Program-made: the position numbers and the translations under genes | DNA from: Octopus sinensis | Lineage: Eukaryota | Direction of reading: 5' to 3' | Assembly: GCF_006345805.1 (NCBI RefSeq) | Contig: NC_043002.1 | Location: 13,454,001 to 13,518,000, forward strand | DNA: 64,000 nucleotides | Shown here: piece by piece, positions 13,835 through 27,358 of the stretch | Position numbering within the stretch: the first letter of the stretch is position 1 | Layout of the letters: each line of letters starts with the position of its first letter | The notes under the pieces: model-generated | What the model was told of the DNA's origin: nothing | Seen by the model: the letters and a program-made list of their open reading frames with translations, nothing else | Database searches by the model: none

Positions 13835-14071
13835 AAGGCGCGGCGAGCTGGTAGAAACGTTAGCACGCCGGGTGAAATGCGTAGCGGTTTTTCGCCTGCC
13901 GCTACGTTCTCAGTTCACATCCCGCCGAGGCCGATTTTGCCTTTCATCCTTTCAGGGTCGATTAAACAAGTGGCAGTTACGCACTGGGGTCGATATAATC
14001 GACTTAATCCGTTTGTCTGTCCTTGTTTGTCCCCTCTGTGTTTAGCTCCTTGTGGGCAATAAAGAAATAAT
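13835..14071 (+). mobile_element. SINE family A, full length
   Basis: TSD GGAATAAAACC(C/T)AG at 13821-13834 and 14072-14085. Confidence 0.92.
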
Positions 14072-14737
14072 GGAATAAAACCTAGGCAAACCAAATATAG
14101 TATACACCAAGAACATTGTTAGTTCTATCAAAAAAGCATAATATTCAAATTTGCACTTTATCTATTCATGACCTAACTGTAAATTCAAAATGACCAACAA
14201 AGCAAACACACCTTTATTTTAGGTCAATTTTTCTACCAAACTATCAAAGATAATATGCTCTGACTTGGAATACCAACAGATTGGAGTACAGACTAGATGC
14301 TGAATCAAAGACATTGATGAAGTTGGTCTAGATTTCGTTGTGGGGTCGCTCATAGCCAGATGCAGCAGTCAAGTGTCTCTGGAAGATGAATAAATGAAGT
14401 GTCTCTAGTCACACTAGAACAGCATCCAGGCAAGCATCAAAGTAATACATATGCAAAATTTCAGCCTATGACATTAGTTGTTCCCGGAGATATCTTGACC
14501 TCAAGATTGCTACTCATAGTCAGAAATGTCATTTTGAGAAAACGCAAAAAAAAAAATAAATAAACGTTGGAAATGGTAGATTTTTTACAACAATGCCCGA
14601 CTACACAAGGATAATATCCACATATTAGTGAAATATTTGTAGTTTTGCACAGTCTAATAACGCCCGTAGGCATATCCTTTGCTATTTTTCTGAGATTTTG
14701 TTATCTGAAATCTGAGGTATTAGTCTTGCTTAAAAAA

Positions 14738-14960
14738 AAGATAGCCAAATGGCAGAATCGTTAGAACGTTAGATGAAATACTTTGCGGTATTTCTTCCGA
14801 TTCATTATGTTCTGAGTTCAATTTCTGCCAAGATCGACTTTACCTTTTATCCTTTCAGTGTCGATAAAAAATGTACCAGTCTAGTACTGGGGTCGATGTA
14901 ATCGACTAGCTTCCTCCCCTAAAAGTTTAGACCTTATACCTATAGTAGAAAGAATTATAA
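14738..14960 (+). mobile_element. SINE family A, alternative-tail subfamily
   Basis: Consensus match ending AGTAGAAAGAATTAT. Confidence 0.8.
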
Positions 14961-15163
14961 ATTTCTTAAATTTATTCCTATACTCAGCGGCGCACCAAAA
15001 TACTCTTTGTGGAATTCTGTGACCATTGGTCCAGCTCAGCACCGTAGGTAGGAGAAACAGATGAAGTGGAATGGGCTAATTGCGAATTGAACCCTTGTCA
15101 TATAGTCGGCTTAACCTAAATTTACTGCTACCCTATAGTACTCATACACCAAGTAAATATGTA

Positions 15164-15715
15164 TTGGGTTGTCCGGAAAGATCGTGCCGATTTTTAAAGG
15201 AAAGAATACTTGAATTACATTTTTAATCAACCAAATATGAACCATTTTGTTGCACAATGTGTCTCCATCTTTCCTTTAACTTGAAAATACCCTCTTCCCA
15301 GAATTGAGGTGGTTTCATAGCAAAGAATTCATCAAGGTATCTTTTTACGTCATCCAAGGAATTGAAATTTTTACCATTAAGACTATTCTGCAGAGACCTG
15401 AATAAGTGGAAATCCGAAGGAGCAATATCTGGTGAATATGGAGGGTGGGGTAACACATCCCAGCCGAGATGCAGCAATTTTTGTCTGGTTCCCAAAGCAT
15501 CAAGTGCCGAAAATGAACTTTCTTATCTTCCATTTTAAAGAGTTACAGAATTAACATAGGTTATAGGAACATAAACCTTCTTCCACGAAAAGATAGCTTA
15601 AACTGTACTCTAAATAGAGGTGTAGTCAAATCCTATTTTATGGACTCAACCATGTTCTAAAATAAGTCGAAATGTAAGCTACTATAAATCGGCACGAACT
15701 TTCCGGACAACCCAA
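15164..15715 (-). mobile_element. Internally deleted mariner (MITE-like)
   Basis: TIRs TTGGGTTGTCCGGAAAG, TA at both ends; N-terminus MEDKKVHFRHLMLWE fused to C-terminus with HPPYSPDIAPSDFHLF. Confidence 0.93.
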
Positions 15716-15965
15716 TAAATAAATCCAGCCGATTAAAAAAATGTCTTTGTCTAGTAAATATAATTTCGTATCTAAGCTTTGTTTGTAAAAATCGAGCACA
15801 AAATCGATAAATAGAAGCTGTAAAGTGTGTGTTGTAGATAATATTTCTTTAAAATATTTATTCTTTGAGGTCATCTTGTCTTATTTAGAATATTCTTTGC
15901 TTGTCTCTGTTGCTGTTACTGCTCCTCCCCACGATCTCTCACGTCAACGCTGATCATGCAGACAC

Positions 15966-16062
15966 GTAAGCACAAAATCGATTTTCCAAAACCTTTTGTT
16001 CCAAAGCATCTCCGTATTACAGATTTTCCGAATCAGAGATGGGTCACCTTGATCAATGCACT
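15966..16062 (-). CDS. Candidate exon C' (CIDQGDPSLIRKICNTEMLWNKRFWKIDFVL), paralogue of exon C
   Basis: Acceptor atttctttaatttag|, phase 1 start like exon C; shares DQ-x7-KI-x-N-x-E-x-LW-xx-RF-x-KID-x-V; weak phase 2 donor TTAC|gtgtct fits exon A. Confidence 0.5.
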
Positions 16063-16429
16063 CTAAATTAAAGAAATATTGAATTTACATGAATGATCAA
16101 ATGAAATACAGCTACGTGTACATTAATGTAAATTTGTGCGGATTATAAGAGGTCCCGGACCATCGCTGTCCGGAAAGTCGGTGTTGTAGCATCTGTATCC
16201 TCAAAGACGTTCCAGCTGTGACCGTGTGATTTGAGAAAGATTTAACAGTTATTTCAAGCAGGTCAAACCACCATGTTGAGGCTCTCTAGCTGGCTCGTTC
16301 TTCGTGCCCTTCTTAAAAGCATCTTATTCATTTCCAGTCGTAGCTTTATTAGGAAGCTTGCTATCATAAAGTATTTGGCAAGGCGCACAGGGTTCGTTTC
16401 TCTTTATCTCACTTAGACAAGCATGAATC

Positions 16430-16822
16430 TCTTTTATTTGTTTCAGTCATTTGACTGAGGCCATGCTGGAGCATCGCCTTTAATCGAGCAAATCATCTCC
16501 ATGACTTATTCTTTGTAAGCCTAGTACTTTTTCTATCGGTCTCTTGTGCCGAACCGCTAAGTTACGGGGACGTAAACACACCACCATCGGTTCTCAAGTG
16601 ATGTTGGGGAGACAAACACACACACACACCAACATACACACACACATACACATGCGTAGCTGTATTTCGTCTGCCGTTACGCTCTGAGTTCAAATTCCGC
16701 CGAGGTCGACTTTGCCTTTCATCCTTTCGGGGTCGATAAATTAAGTACCAGTTACGCACTGGAGTCGATATAATCGACTAGCACCCTCCCGCCCACCAAA
16801 TTTCGGGCCTTGTGCCTAGAGC
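16430..16822. mobile_element. SINE C 3' part (minus, 16430-16650) abutting a 5'-truncated SINE A (plus, 16655-16822)
   Basis: Consensus matches to both families. Confidence 0.8.
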
Positions 16823-17081
16823 TTGTTGTTGTTTGTTCCTTCTCGAGTCATGCCTAGTTTCCCGGTTTCCTTAGCGTATAGTTTCCTCACCTGGACGGGA
16901 CGCCGGTCCGTCGCAGGTGAGCTGCAGGAGAAATGAGTGAGAGAAAGTTGTGGCGAAGGAGTCAGCAGAAGTTCACCATTACCTTCTGCCGGAGCCGCGT
17001 GGAGCTTAATGTTTCACTCATAAACACATACATCGCCCGGTCTGAGTCCACTGCTCTAACCACTAGGCCATGTGCTTCCAC
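16823..17081 (-). mobile_element. tRNA-derived SINE type F (Arg-like head, ...GGAAACCGGGAAAC tail)
   Basis: Head like types E and B-prime; tail shared with 17630-17712. Confidence 0.75.
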
Positions 17082-17475
17082 TGGTATATAATGTAACATT
17101 AACATAATATGTATACAACATACACACACAAAATAATACAAGAATCAGAAAGTTTGGAAAAGATAGATTGGTGGATTAGTGAGAGCAGCATTTAAACACG
17201 CTGTAATATAGGCTGGATTAACTAATCTATTCACATTATACATCTTCCATAGGAAATCCATAAATAGTGTATTATTTCAAATATATGACCACGATCATAA
17301 ATGATAATTTTAGTTATCTCCAGTCATAAATGCGCGTTTTGTTGTAACTAACATCATCAATTATCCATACAGCAACTGTGTATAGTTACTCGATGGATAA
17401 TAAATTACTTTTGCATTTCACATAGAAGCTACAGAAAAGGAATACATCATTTGATTTCAAGTATTTCAATGTATG

Positions 17476-17712
17476 GTGGAGGCGCGTGGCTTAGTGGTTA
17501 GGGTGTCAGCATCATGATCGTAAGATTGTGGTTTCGATTCCTGGACCGGGCGACGCGTTGTGTTCTTGAGCAAAACACTTCATTTCACGTTGCTCCAGTT
17601 CACTCAGCTGACAAAAATGAGTAACGCCTCGATGGACTGGCGTCCTGTCCAACTGAGGAACAAACACGCCATAGAAACCGGGAAACCGGGCCCATGAGTC
17701 TCGCTAGGCTTT
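17476..17712 (+). mobile_element. SINE with type B head and type F tail
   Basis: Head matches 3335-3480; tail GGACTGGCGTCCTGTCC...GGAAACCGGG. Confidence 0.8.
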
Positions 17713-17753
17713 GAAAGTGTGCATTTATTATTATTTTTTTTATATCAATGTAT

Positions 17754-17960
17754 GTAGCTGTGAACTTGCAGAATCGTTAGTGCGTCGGACAAAATGTTTG
17801 ATCGCATTTTTTCTGGATCTTTACGTTCTGGGTTCAAATGCTGTGTACGTTAATTTTGCTTTTCATCCTTTTGGAGCCGATAAAATGAAGTAGCAGTCAA
17901 GTACTGAGGTCAATATAATTAACTTGACCCCCTCCCCTCAAAATTCTTGGCTTTGAATCC
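17754..17960 (+). mobile_element. SINE family A, degenerate
   Basis: Consensus match. Confidence 0.75.
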
Positions 17961-18993
17961 TACAACCGATAAAAGTCCCGTTCAGAAGGATGTTGTGATT
18001 TCGGTCATATCAAAGTATGCTTAAATATGGTACTAATTCACCTCAACACAGTGGTACCTGCTTCCTCCAAATTCTGTGGTTCTTTATGATGTTGTTGAGG
18101 CTGTTGTTGTTGCTTAGACACAGCTAAACCTTGATCCAAGAGGGATGCTGTGGTCGAAATCTTGGATATTTAGTGATCCACAAAAATCTCTCGAAATTGT
18201 AGTTCATTCAATATAAATCGAGGCATTTCATGTTCATTAGTATTTACTTCGGATTACCTTCGGCCTGTTCTATTTTATCGGTTTGATCCACAGGAATGGG
18301 CAGTGCCCATTACTTTCGCAGGCTTTTAGAGAAAGTTGACATCGACATGAACGACTTGTTGAAAGGACTTTCTTTTCAACAAGTGATAGATAAAAGAAAT
18401 GCATGAATGCGGAGAGATTTTCTGAAGGCCTACGTTCAAGGTTGAAGGACTTAGCTTAATGGCAAGTGCGGAACTTGTGGGATGAGACACGATAGGAGAA
18501 AATAAGGAATGCGTAAAATAGTGATCCTAATACGAAGAGACAAAGAGAGAGAGAAAGAGATAAAGCAATAGATAAGAGGAAAACAAAAGCTGATTGGCAA
18601 AGAAACTCTGAGAAGAGTAAGAGAAGAGGTTGGGAGGATATAGATTAACTCGTTCCAAAATATTAATTTCAAAGATTAGCGCTCGTCTCAATATGCTGTT
18701 TCTAATTATTGACCCAGACTCTTCATTATTCTGCACGTTCACACAGAAATAATTATTTTTATAGTGTGCTTTATCACTAAAAGATAGCTCACGTCCGATA
18801 GATTGTCTGGTGATGATTTTGTTGCAGTTGCAGCTGCTCGTGCTATTGTTTATTTACTTTTGTGGCTGTTGTTGAACTTGTTCCTCTTATCAATTTTATG
18901 CAATTGAGATAAGTGAAAAATTATGTTGATTCGCTAGCTTTTGCACGCATTTTTTTTCTCTCCTTGTTTCTCTCCGTGTTTTTTTTCTGTGTA

Positions 18994-19031
18994 TCTTTCT
19001 GTTGAAGAGCGTAGGCTCGAAACGTAAAAGA
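18994..19031 (+). ncRNA. Minimal type I hammerhead motif on a PLE-type terminus ending at (TA)n 19130
   Basis: TCTTT-CTGTTGA-A-GAGC(GTAG)GCTC-GAAACGT-A-AAAGA; A6 mutated to U. Confidence 0.7.
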
Positions 19032-19127
19032 CTTGTTTTATTTATATTCCTGAGCGTAATACTAATACAATTGTTTGTTTGTATTCCACCTGCCTTCGTC
19101 TTTTGTTTATTTTCATAAAGCTTCCCG

Positions 19128-19180
<53 letters not shown>

Positions 19181-19599
19181 TTAAATTAGAGATAAAACTA
19201 CTATTAGGCAAATCAAACAGTGGAAAACATAAACCAAAACATAAAAATAAAATTAATTAATATAATATACAAAATATATAAAATATAAAATTCAAATTTT
19301 AAATTATTTAAATTTAACGTTAAAAATTTAAAATTATTAATTTATATTTATAAATTTTTATATATATATATATTTATTCATTTTTATTTTTATTTTTATT
19401 TTTATTTTTAATTTATTTATTTTTTAATTAAATATATATAACTATCAAAAGGTATTAAAGAGTTTAATAGAAGATAAAAAGTATAATATAAGATAGAAAG
19501 TAAAACCACAAATCTAATTTTTCCCTGTAAGTTGGATTTACTCCCTATTATATATATAATTTATATATATATATATATATGTATGTATACATATTCTTT

Positions 19600-19800
19600 C
19601 TTTTAATCTTTCAATTGTTTCAGTAATTTGACTGCGGCCATGCTGGAGTACCGCCTTTATTCGAACAGATCGACTGATTCTTTGTAAGCCTAGTACTTAT
19701 TCTATCGGTCTCTTTTTGCCGAACCGCTAAGGTTACGGGGACGTAAATACACCAGCATCGGTTGTCAAGTGATGGTGGGGGACAAACGCAGACACACAAA
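19600..19800 (-). mobile_element. SINE family C, 3' part
   Basis: Consensus match. Confidence 0.85.
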
Positions 19801-19847
19801 CACATACATACATACATATTACATATATATATATATATATATATATA

Positions 19848-20164
19848 CACAAATATAAGAGAGAATCCACTATGTGGACGCTCTTGCGCTTAAAATAGAT
19901 CCGCAATGGTCTCAACCACCAAGAATTGTTCCCAAGGAAAATTAGCACAACTATGAACGTAAGCGAGCAGGACAAATGAAAAATAGCAAAAATGTCGATT
20001 TATTGTGTAAGTAAAATTGCATAATTTATTAACAGTGAAACAATTGTATGGCGTTAATCTACAGTTTTGTTATTTTTCATTTGTCCTGCTCGCTTACGTT
20101 CATAGTTGCGGATCTATTTTTAGCGCAAGAGCGTCCACATAGTGGATTCTCTCTTATATTTGTG
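19848..20164. mobile_element. MITE with ~100-bp TIRs, TA-flanked (Tc1/mariner-type)
   Basis: CACAAATATAAGAGAGAATCCACTATGTGG at both ends, inverted; left arm carries a ~44-bp insertion. Confidence 0.85.
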
Positions 20165-20338
20165 TATTAATATTTACTGAATCCCAGTTTTTTATGTGCT
20201 AAACCACTTGTGTTAATTGATGTTATTAAATTAATATCCAATTTTTTCACCCTTATTTTTTATTTATATATATACATACATACACACACACACACCACAC
20301 ACACATATATATATATGCATGTATGTATATGTATATAT

Positions 20339-20377
<39 letters not shown>

Positions 20378-20382
<5 letters not shown>

Positions 20383-20645
20383 AACTCACAACGTAAAGAC
20401 AGACGAAATACCTGCTTCTTTATTACCCACAAGGGGCTAAACATAGAGGGGACAAACAAGGGCAGACAGACGGATTAAGTCGATTATATCGACCCCAGTG
20501 CGTAACTGGTACATAATTTATCGACCCTGAAAGGATGAAAGGCAAAGTCGCCCTCGGCGGAATTTGAACTCAGAACGTAGTGGGAGACGAAATACCGCTA
20601 AGCATTTCGCCCGGCGTCCTAACGTTTCTGCCAGCTCGCCGCCTT
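20378..20645 (-). mobile_element. SINE family A with tandem partial copy
   Basis: Tail joined to internal GGTATTTCG. Confidence 0.9.
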
Positions 20646-21028
20646 GCTGATTCTAACAATATTCTTTTCTACTCTAGGCACAGTGGGGGCACATGACCAA
20701 GTGGTTAGAGCAGCGGACTCGTAAATTCAGTTTTGATGAAAAACTTGTAAGTTGAAAAATTTTTGGAGTTCTTTTAATATTTGAAGTTTCAACTCTTAGC
20801 ACATAGCAAATCCTCATCCAGACCTGATCCCTAGACTGGATGTTCAAAAACCAAATTAAGGGCAAATTTTCAGTTCTGGGATCATCCTGATTCCAAAAAG
20901 GTATAATATGTCTGTGTAGAGTAAATGTAGACTGAGATTCATGAGTCCCAGACGGACAGACAGAATTTTGCATTTATTATTATAGATGTGTGGGTGCATA
21001 TGTATATATGTGTGTTTGTCGATTTGTA

Positions 21029-22302
21029 TTGGGTTGGCAACTAAGTTCCAGCCGTATTTTAAAATTTAAATTTTTTAAAAGGTTTAATAAAAAATAACAA
21101 CTAATTAATCAATAATGTATTCACACTTGTTGTTTACAACTTCTTTCCAACGTTCAACAAGATTTTCAATACCTCGTTGGTAGAAATCACCCGATTTCGA
21201 CTCGAAAATTGATCCAACCAAGCTCTCAATTCTGCATCAGTATTGAACGAAATTACGTGTATAACATTTGAAAGAGATCGAAAGAGGTGGAAATCCGTTG
21301 GTGCCAAATCAGGAGAGTACGGCGGGTGTGGCAGCACTTCCCAGCCATGCGTTTGAATGGCTTCCTTGGTCATATTGGTGATATGAAGGCGGGCATTGTT
21401 GTGCAGCAGAAGAACTCCATGCTGCCGATTAGGTCTTTTCTCTTGAATACCTGTGTTGAGTCGTTCCATCTGTTGAACATAGAGTTCCGAATTGGCCGTT
21501 TGGTTCAGTTCAAACAATTCATTATAGCTAATCCCTTCCCAGTCCCACCATACGCACGACATCGTTTTATGCGGATGATGATCTTGTTTCATGCGCGGTG
21601 TCGCTTATTTACCGGGTTAAGCCATTCCTTACGCTGCTTCATATTGATGTACAGGCACCATATTTCGTCGCCAGTAACGATTCGGTAAAGAAATCGTTGC
21701 TTGTGTCCATGAGTTGAGAGGTGACAAGCAAGCAAACCAGCGGAGATTGTGGCTCGTTGATTTTTATTGTTGTCACTTAAAGCATGCGGAACACATGGTC
21801 CATACTTCTGAACCTTTCCCATCAAGTGAAGATGCTTCTCTATAGCAGTGTGGGAGCATTCCATTTTCTCTGCCAGTTCCCTTGTCGTTTCAAGAGAAAT
21901 TTTCGTGCAAAAGTTGGTTCAATCGTTCTTCATCGAACTCAACTGGATGGCCAGAACGAGGTGCGTCTTTGAGATCAAAATTTCCACTTTTGAACTTGGT
22001 ATACCAATCACGAGCGGTTCTTTCAGCTGTGGCACCCTCTCCATGCACAACATAAATGTCGCGAGCAGATTTTGTGGCCTTAGAACCTTGATTAAAAGCA
22101 AAACGAAGTGGGTGTCGAAAATACCCGTTTTTCTTAAATTGACATTCCATTTTAATGATCTGAAAATAAAGAAAGAAATAAACTAGAAAAAAAAACAACA
22201 AAAACAAAATAGATTCCAATATGATTCAAAAATAAAATTCTGGAAAAAAAAAATAGATTCCAAAATTAAAAAAAAACGGCGGGAACTCAGTTGCCGACCC
22301 AA
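21029..22302 (-). mobile_element. Near full-length mariner, inactive
   Basis: TIRs TTGGGTTGGCAACTAAGTTCC, TA flanks; transposase from ATG 22150 in three frames with IVTGDE, HNNAR (second catalytic D to N) and YSPDLAPTDF. Confidence 0.95.
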
Positions 22303-22580
22303 TACGTCTATATACGTATCAGTGAACTAAGAAGCTTATTCTTACATGAAGGTCTCTGGTAATATTCTGACAGACAAATCGATAAAATAGCGACAGATAA
22401 GATGCTACGTCTCAGACACCATCAATCTGAGCGAGAAAAAACATACTTCCGTTTTACATGAATTCCACGTCGTAATGCTACTGAAGTAGACAAACACACA
22501 CCAACGCAGGCGCACAGAGAGCTTGTCTAGCGTTGGTTATTTATATGTTCGTCTACACTGTCACTTTCTCTCTTCCTACA

Positions 22581-22931
<351 letters not shown>

Positions 22932-22950
22932 ATATATATATATACACACA

Positions 22951-23148
22951 TTCAAAATGTGATCGCGTGTGTACCGTTGGTGATTTTTTTCCCTCTGTCT
23001 TCCCTTCTCTGGATTTTTCCTTCCCTATGTTTCCTACGAAGAGCTCCGCTCGAAACGTTAAACCCTCCTTCTTCCCTTCCTTCCTGAGCGTCCAATAATA
23101 CTATATTTGTTCCACGTTCTCGCGTTGTTGTGTTTTCATGCTTGGGTA

Positions 23149-23151
<3 letters not shown>
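22951..23151 (+). mobile_element. 201-bp hammerhead-carrying mini-element, copy 1
   Basis: Same boundaries and length as 59618-59818; hammerhead at 23029-23063 with damaged core (CCTACGA). Confidence 0.75.
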
Positions 23152-23193
<42 letters not shown>

Positions 23194-23425
23194 AATACAA
23201 ATAAGAAAATGGAGAAATACATCGAAATCAATATCAATTACCAGATAATACTCAATCACATACTTTATTAAACCACTACATAAGAAACTATAAGGTTAAA
23301 CATAATAATGCAGGGTAAAGCAGTGTACATGAAGGAGTGTACATAAAATAGTAATGTTATACAATAAGTAGAATACGTATAATAGAACATAAATATAAGT
23401 ACACATAAATATAAATATAGACTAT

Positions 23426-23553
23426 ATCTTACAGCTGTTTCGGCCATGTAGATAAGCATGTCTCATTCAACTCATATTAGCCATTTATGGTAGGTCAATA
23501 TGTAGTTATAAATGAGACATTTACAAAAAACATCCTAAGGCCTCTTCGGAGAT
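23426..23553 (-). ncRNA. Type I hammerhead motif with long stem II insert
   Basis: ATCT-CCGAAGA-GGCC...GGCC-GAAAC(AGCT)GT-A-AGAT; palindromic stem III loop; U4 mutated to C. Confidence 0.7.
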
Positions 23554-23667
23554 TACAAATTAGATTACATACATACTTATAAAGGTGTAGGTATATACCC
23601 ATAATAAAACATATACATATACATATGAGTGCATATACTCATACTCATATACATATAAATATAAATA

Positions 23668-23866
23668 TTGTGAGTGTTTATTGAGCGAAAACACCTAAAG
23701 CTCCACGAAGCTCCGGCAGGAGGTGGTGGCAATCCCTGCTGTACTCTTTCGCCACAACTTTCTCTCACTCTTTCTTCTGTTGGCCTGCTCGCTTAAAACA
23801 ATGCGAAACGCATTGTGTAGCAACATCTGATAGCAACATCTGATAGCCTGGTCGGTCACGGTGATC

Positions 23867-23872
<6 letters not shown>
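23668..23872 (+). mobile_element. SINE type E, headless
   Basis: Matches 30180-30391. Confidence 0.85.
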
Positions 23873-24240
<368 letters not shown>

Positions 24241-24729
24241 TGCTTGTCTTCTTAGAACTAGAAACTAACAACGGGATTTTTTGTAAAGTGGCTGTTGTCA
24301 TTGCTGCGCTTGTCTGTTAAAAGGAAATAGGGCCACTTCTACAATTCCTGTTTTTTTTTTTCAAAGACAACAGGCGGTGGGGCAATCGCGATTCTTCATG
24401 CAGTTGCGTGTTCCGATGCTGCTGCTCTTTGAAGAAGCGATGTTCGCATCTAAAAATGATGGTACCTGGAAACAAAAAAATTGAACTCCCCCACCCCATG
24501 TATGTATGTATGGTTGACGAAATTTAGTCAATTGGTTGCTTGACGAAACCTAATCAACAACTCACTTGGTCAAATTTGATCAACAGACCGTTTGATGGAA
24601 TTCGATCGTGTGATAGAATTTCCCCAGCTGTCAACTGGTGAAATTTAATCAAATACGCACTAAATGAAATCCGTTGAACCGACCATGTAATGAAATTCGA
24701 TCAACTACCTTCCTGATAATATTCGATTA

Positions 24730-25249
24730 CCGTAAATCCTCGAATATAGTCCGACCTTGAGTATAATACGCAGTGGATTTTTAGGGGGTTGTAACCCTGA
24801 AAAACCTAAACCTTGTGTATAATACGCACCCCTTCCATAACTTGAGTCGTGCGTAATTAAGCCAGCAGCACCTAGTCGAACAAACACTTCTGTGCATGCG
24901 TAATACAATAATGGTGATGTTCTTAAATGTTATATGGGAATGTAAATATGTCTGCAAATTGTTTTTGTTACATGTTATTCTGTGTTCTGAATACTTTTAT
25001 TTTAATAAATGTTGCTTACTACAAATTATGGGTGATTCTTTTATGACTTCATTGTTTTCAGGCTTAGCTTAAGGTATTTTCACGCCCAACATCACAGAAT
25101 GCGTCTGAATAAACATTGCCGGACAGCAAATAGAGACTCGGACATTGCTTAGAAAATATTTTTCATTTTAACCTCAGATATAGTACGCACTAGGGATTTT
25201 GACCTTTAAATTATGGGGGAAAATGCGGATTATACTCGAGGATTTACGG
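24730..25249. mobile_element. Tc2/pogo-type MITE
   Basis: TIRs CCGTAAATCCTCGA(A/G)TATA, TA at both ends; its interior recurs at 25362-25498. Confidence 0.8.
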
Positions 25250-25539
25250 TAGCAGTCCACTTGGTGGAATTCGATCAACGGATCGCATGATGAAACTCTA
25301 TTAACTTAAGGTTATGTGAAGAGGATGAAGACTGACTGGGATCTAAACTATTCCGAACTACTTTTAGGGGGCTGTACCTCTGAAAAACCTAAACCTTGTG
25401 TATAATGCGCACCCCTTCCCTAACTCGAGTCGTGCGTAATTAAGCCAGCAGCACCTAGTCGAACAAACACTTCTGCGCATGCGTAATACAATAATGGGGA
25501 AAACAGGTAACCATTGTTGGGAAAAAAATATTTTTACTA

Positions 25540-25758
25540 CCCACAAGGGGTCAAACACAGAGGGGACAAACAAGGACAGACAAACGGATTAAGTCGATTA
25601 CATCGACCCTAGTGCGTAACTGTTACTTAATTTATCGACCCCGAAAGGATGAAAGGCAAAGTCGACCTTGGCGGAATTAGAACTCAGAACGTAACGGCAG
25701 ACGAAATACGGCTACGCTTTTCGCCCGGCGTGCTAACGCTTCTGCCAGCTCGCCGCCC
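25540..25758 (-). mobile_element. SINE family A
   Basis: Flanked by TTGTTGGGAAAAAA duplication. Confidence 0.9.
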
Positions 25759-26162
25759 TTGTTGGGAAAAAATTAGATGTTATCTGCACAGCAAGTATTG
25801 GGGCCGGTGAATTCTTCTTCTGAGAAAATGGTAAACAACGCGGATCACGAGCTTTGCGTTAACAGTAAAACTGGAACGAACATGCTGCCGTTACTCGAGC
25901 GTGCAGTGACCGATAAGGAACCAACAGAAATATTGAGTGAAGAATACAAACAGCAGAAAGAACGCTTAAAATACTAACAAACCTTCACCGTCTACTTTAA
26001 CAAACGATTACATGAGAGAACACAGATCACACGGATCGATAGAAAACCGACTGACCGACCTAAAGCTATCCGCAATGGACCGAACAGCAAAAAAAGCCTA
26101 TCAGCAGAGATTGAAGATCCTAATATTTTGGCGAGTGAATGTTCAGCTATATTGTTTTACGA

Positions 26163-26395
26163 AAGGCGGCGAGCTGGCAGAACCGTTAGCACGCCGGGCG
26201 AAATGCGTAGCCGTATTTCGTCTGCCGTTACGTTCTGTGTTCAAATTCCGCCGTGGTCGACTTTGCCTTTCATCCTTTCGGGGTCGATTAAATAAGTACC
26301 AGTTACGCACTGGTGTCGATATAATCGACTTAATCCGTTTACCTGTCCTTGTTTGTCCCCTCTGTGTTTAGCCCCTTGTTGGTAGTAAAGAAATA
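26163..26395 (+). mobile_element. SINE family A between ~157-bp direct repeats
   Basis: 26006-26162 is repeated at 26396-26556. Confidence 0.92.
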
Positions 26396-27137
26396 GATTA
26401 CATGAGAGAACACAGATCACACGAATCGATAGAAAACCGACTGACCGACCTAAAGCTATCCGCAATGGACCAAACAGCAAAAAAAAAAAGCCTATTAGTA
26501 GAGATTGAAGATCCTAATATTTTGGAGAGTGAATGTTCAGCTATATTGTTTTACGATTACAATTCGGTGACAGATGGGACTAGCAGAGATCGATCGCAGC
26601 GAGAAAAAAAACAACCAAAATAGATTATTTCCCTCCGGACACTTATTGATAGAGTCAGGAAATTATTGGATGGCGAGATATTATTAAGTGCAAAGTGAAT
26701 GATATATTCACGAACCATCAACTGAAATTTTATTTTGGCTTATTTAATGTATCTGGTTGCTGTTGCTGTTGAGCGAAGCGGTCTTCGTCCCAGAGCTCGC
26801 AAGATCGCGCCTCTGTAGTGGGACTAGTCTGAAACGTGGACCTTTGCTATTCGTAAGACCCGCAGAAGAGAAAGCAGGTCAACCCCGACACCGAGAGCAT
26901 CGACGGATGTTTGAATGCGCATCCACGCTCTGCGGTTGCGTAGGAAGTCGGGGACAATGTATCTGGGAACAGTCGAAAAAACACACTAGAGGGCAAAGCA
27001 CACTAGCGAGCTACGGGTGGTAAGTGAACAATTTTGTTATATACATATATAAAAAAATCAGACTGAAGCGAATAGCCATCAGTCACAAGTTTGCTAATAA
27101 TCCACAAGGGATGTATCGCAGTATGAAAGGCCATACC

Positions 27138-27358
27138 TATTTCTTTACTACTCACAAGGGGCTCAACACAGAGAGGACAAACAAACGGATAAAGTCGATT
27201 GTATCGATCCCAGTGCGTAACTGGTACTTAATTTTTCGACCTCGAAAGGATGAAAGGCAAAGTCGACCTCGGCGGAATTTGAACTCAGAACGTAACGGCA
27301 GACGAAATACGGCTACGCATTTCGCCCGGTATGCTAACGTTTCTGCCAGTTCGCCGCC
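27138..27358 (-). mobile_element. SINE family A
   Basis: 14-bp TSD TGAAAGGCCATACC. Confidence 0.95.

Noticed and set aside
15941-15946. TGA that could be recoded by A-to-I editing to reach a stronger GTGAGA donor
   Set aside because: The resulting phase (1) does not fit exon A (phase 2); no evidence of editing.
15889-15965. Plus-strand signal-peptide-like exon (NILCLSLLLLLLLPTISHVNA) with a gtaagc donor
   Set aside because: No ATG or partner exon; derives from a CTG/CTC-rich tract; abuts the better-supported minus-strand exon.
17390-17428. 39-nt minus-strand segment (FYVKCKSNLLSI) resembling exon B
   Set aside because: Only three residues match and the phase does not fit exon C'.
26780-26970. 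GC-rich structured segment upstream of the R4-like relic, considered as an HDV-like ribozyme
   Set aside because: Stems exist (CCCCGAC/GTCGGGG, TCCCAGA/TCTGGGA) but I could not build the nested double pseudoknot.
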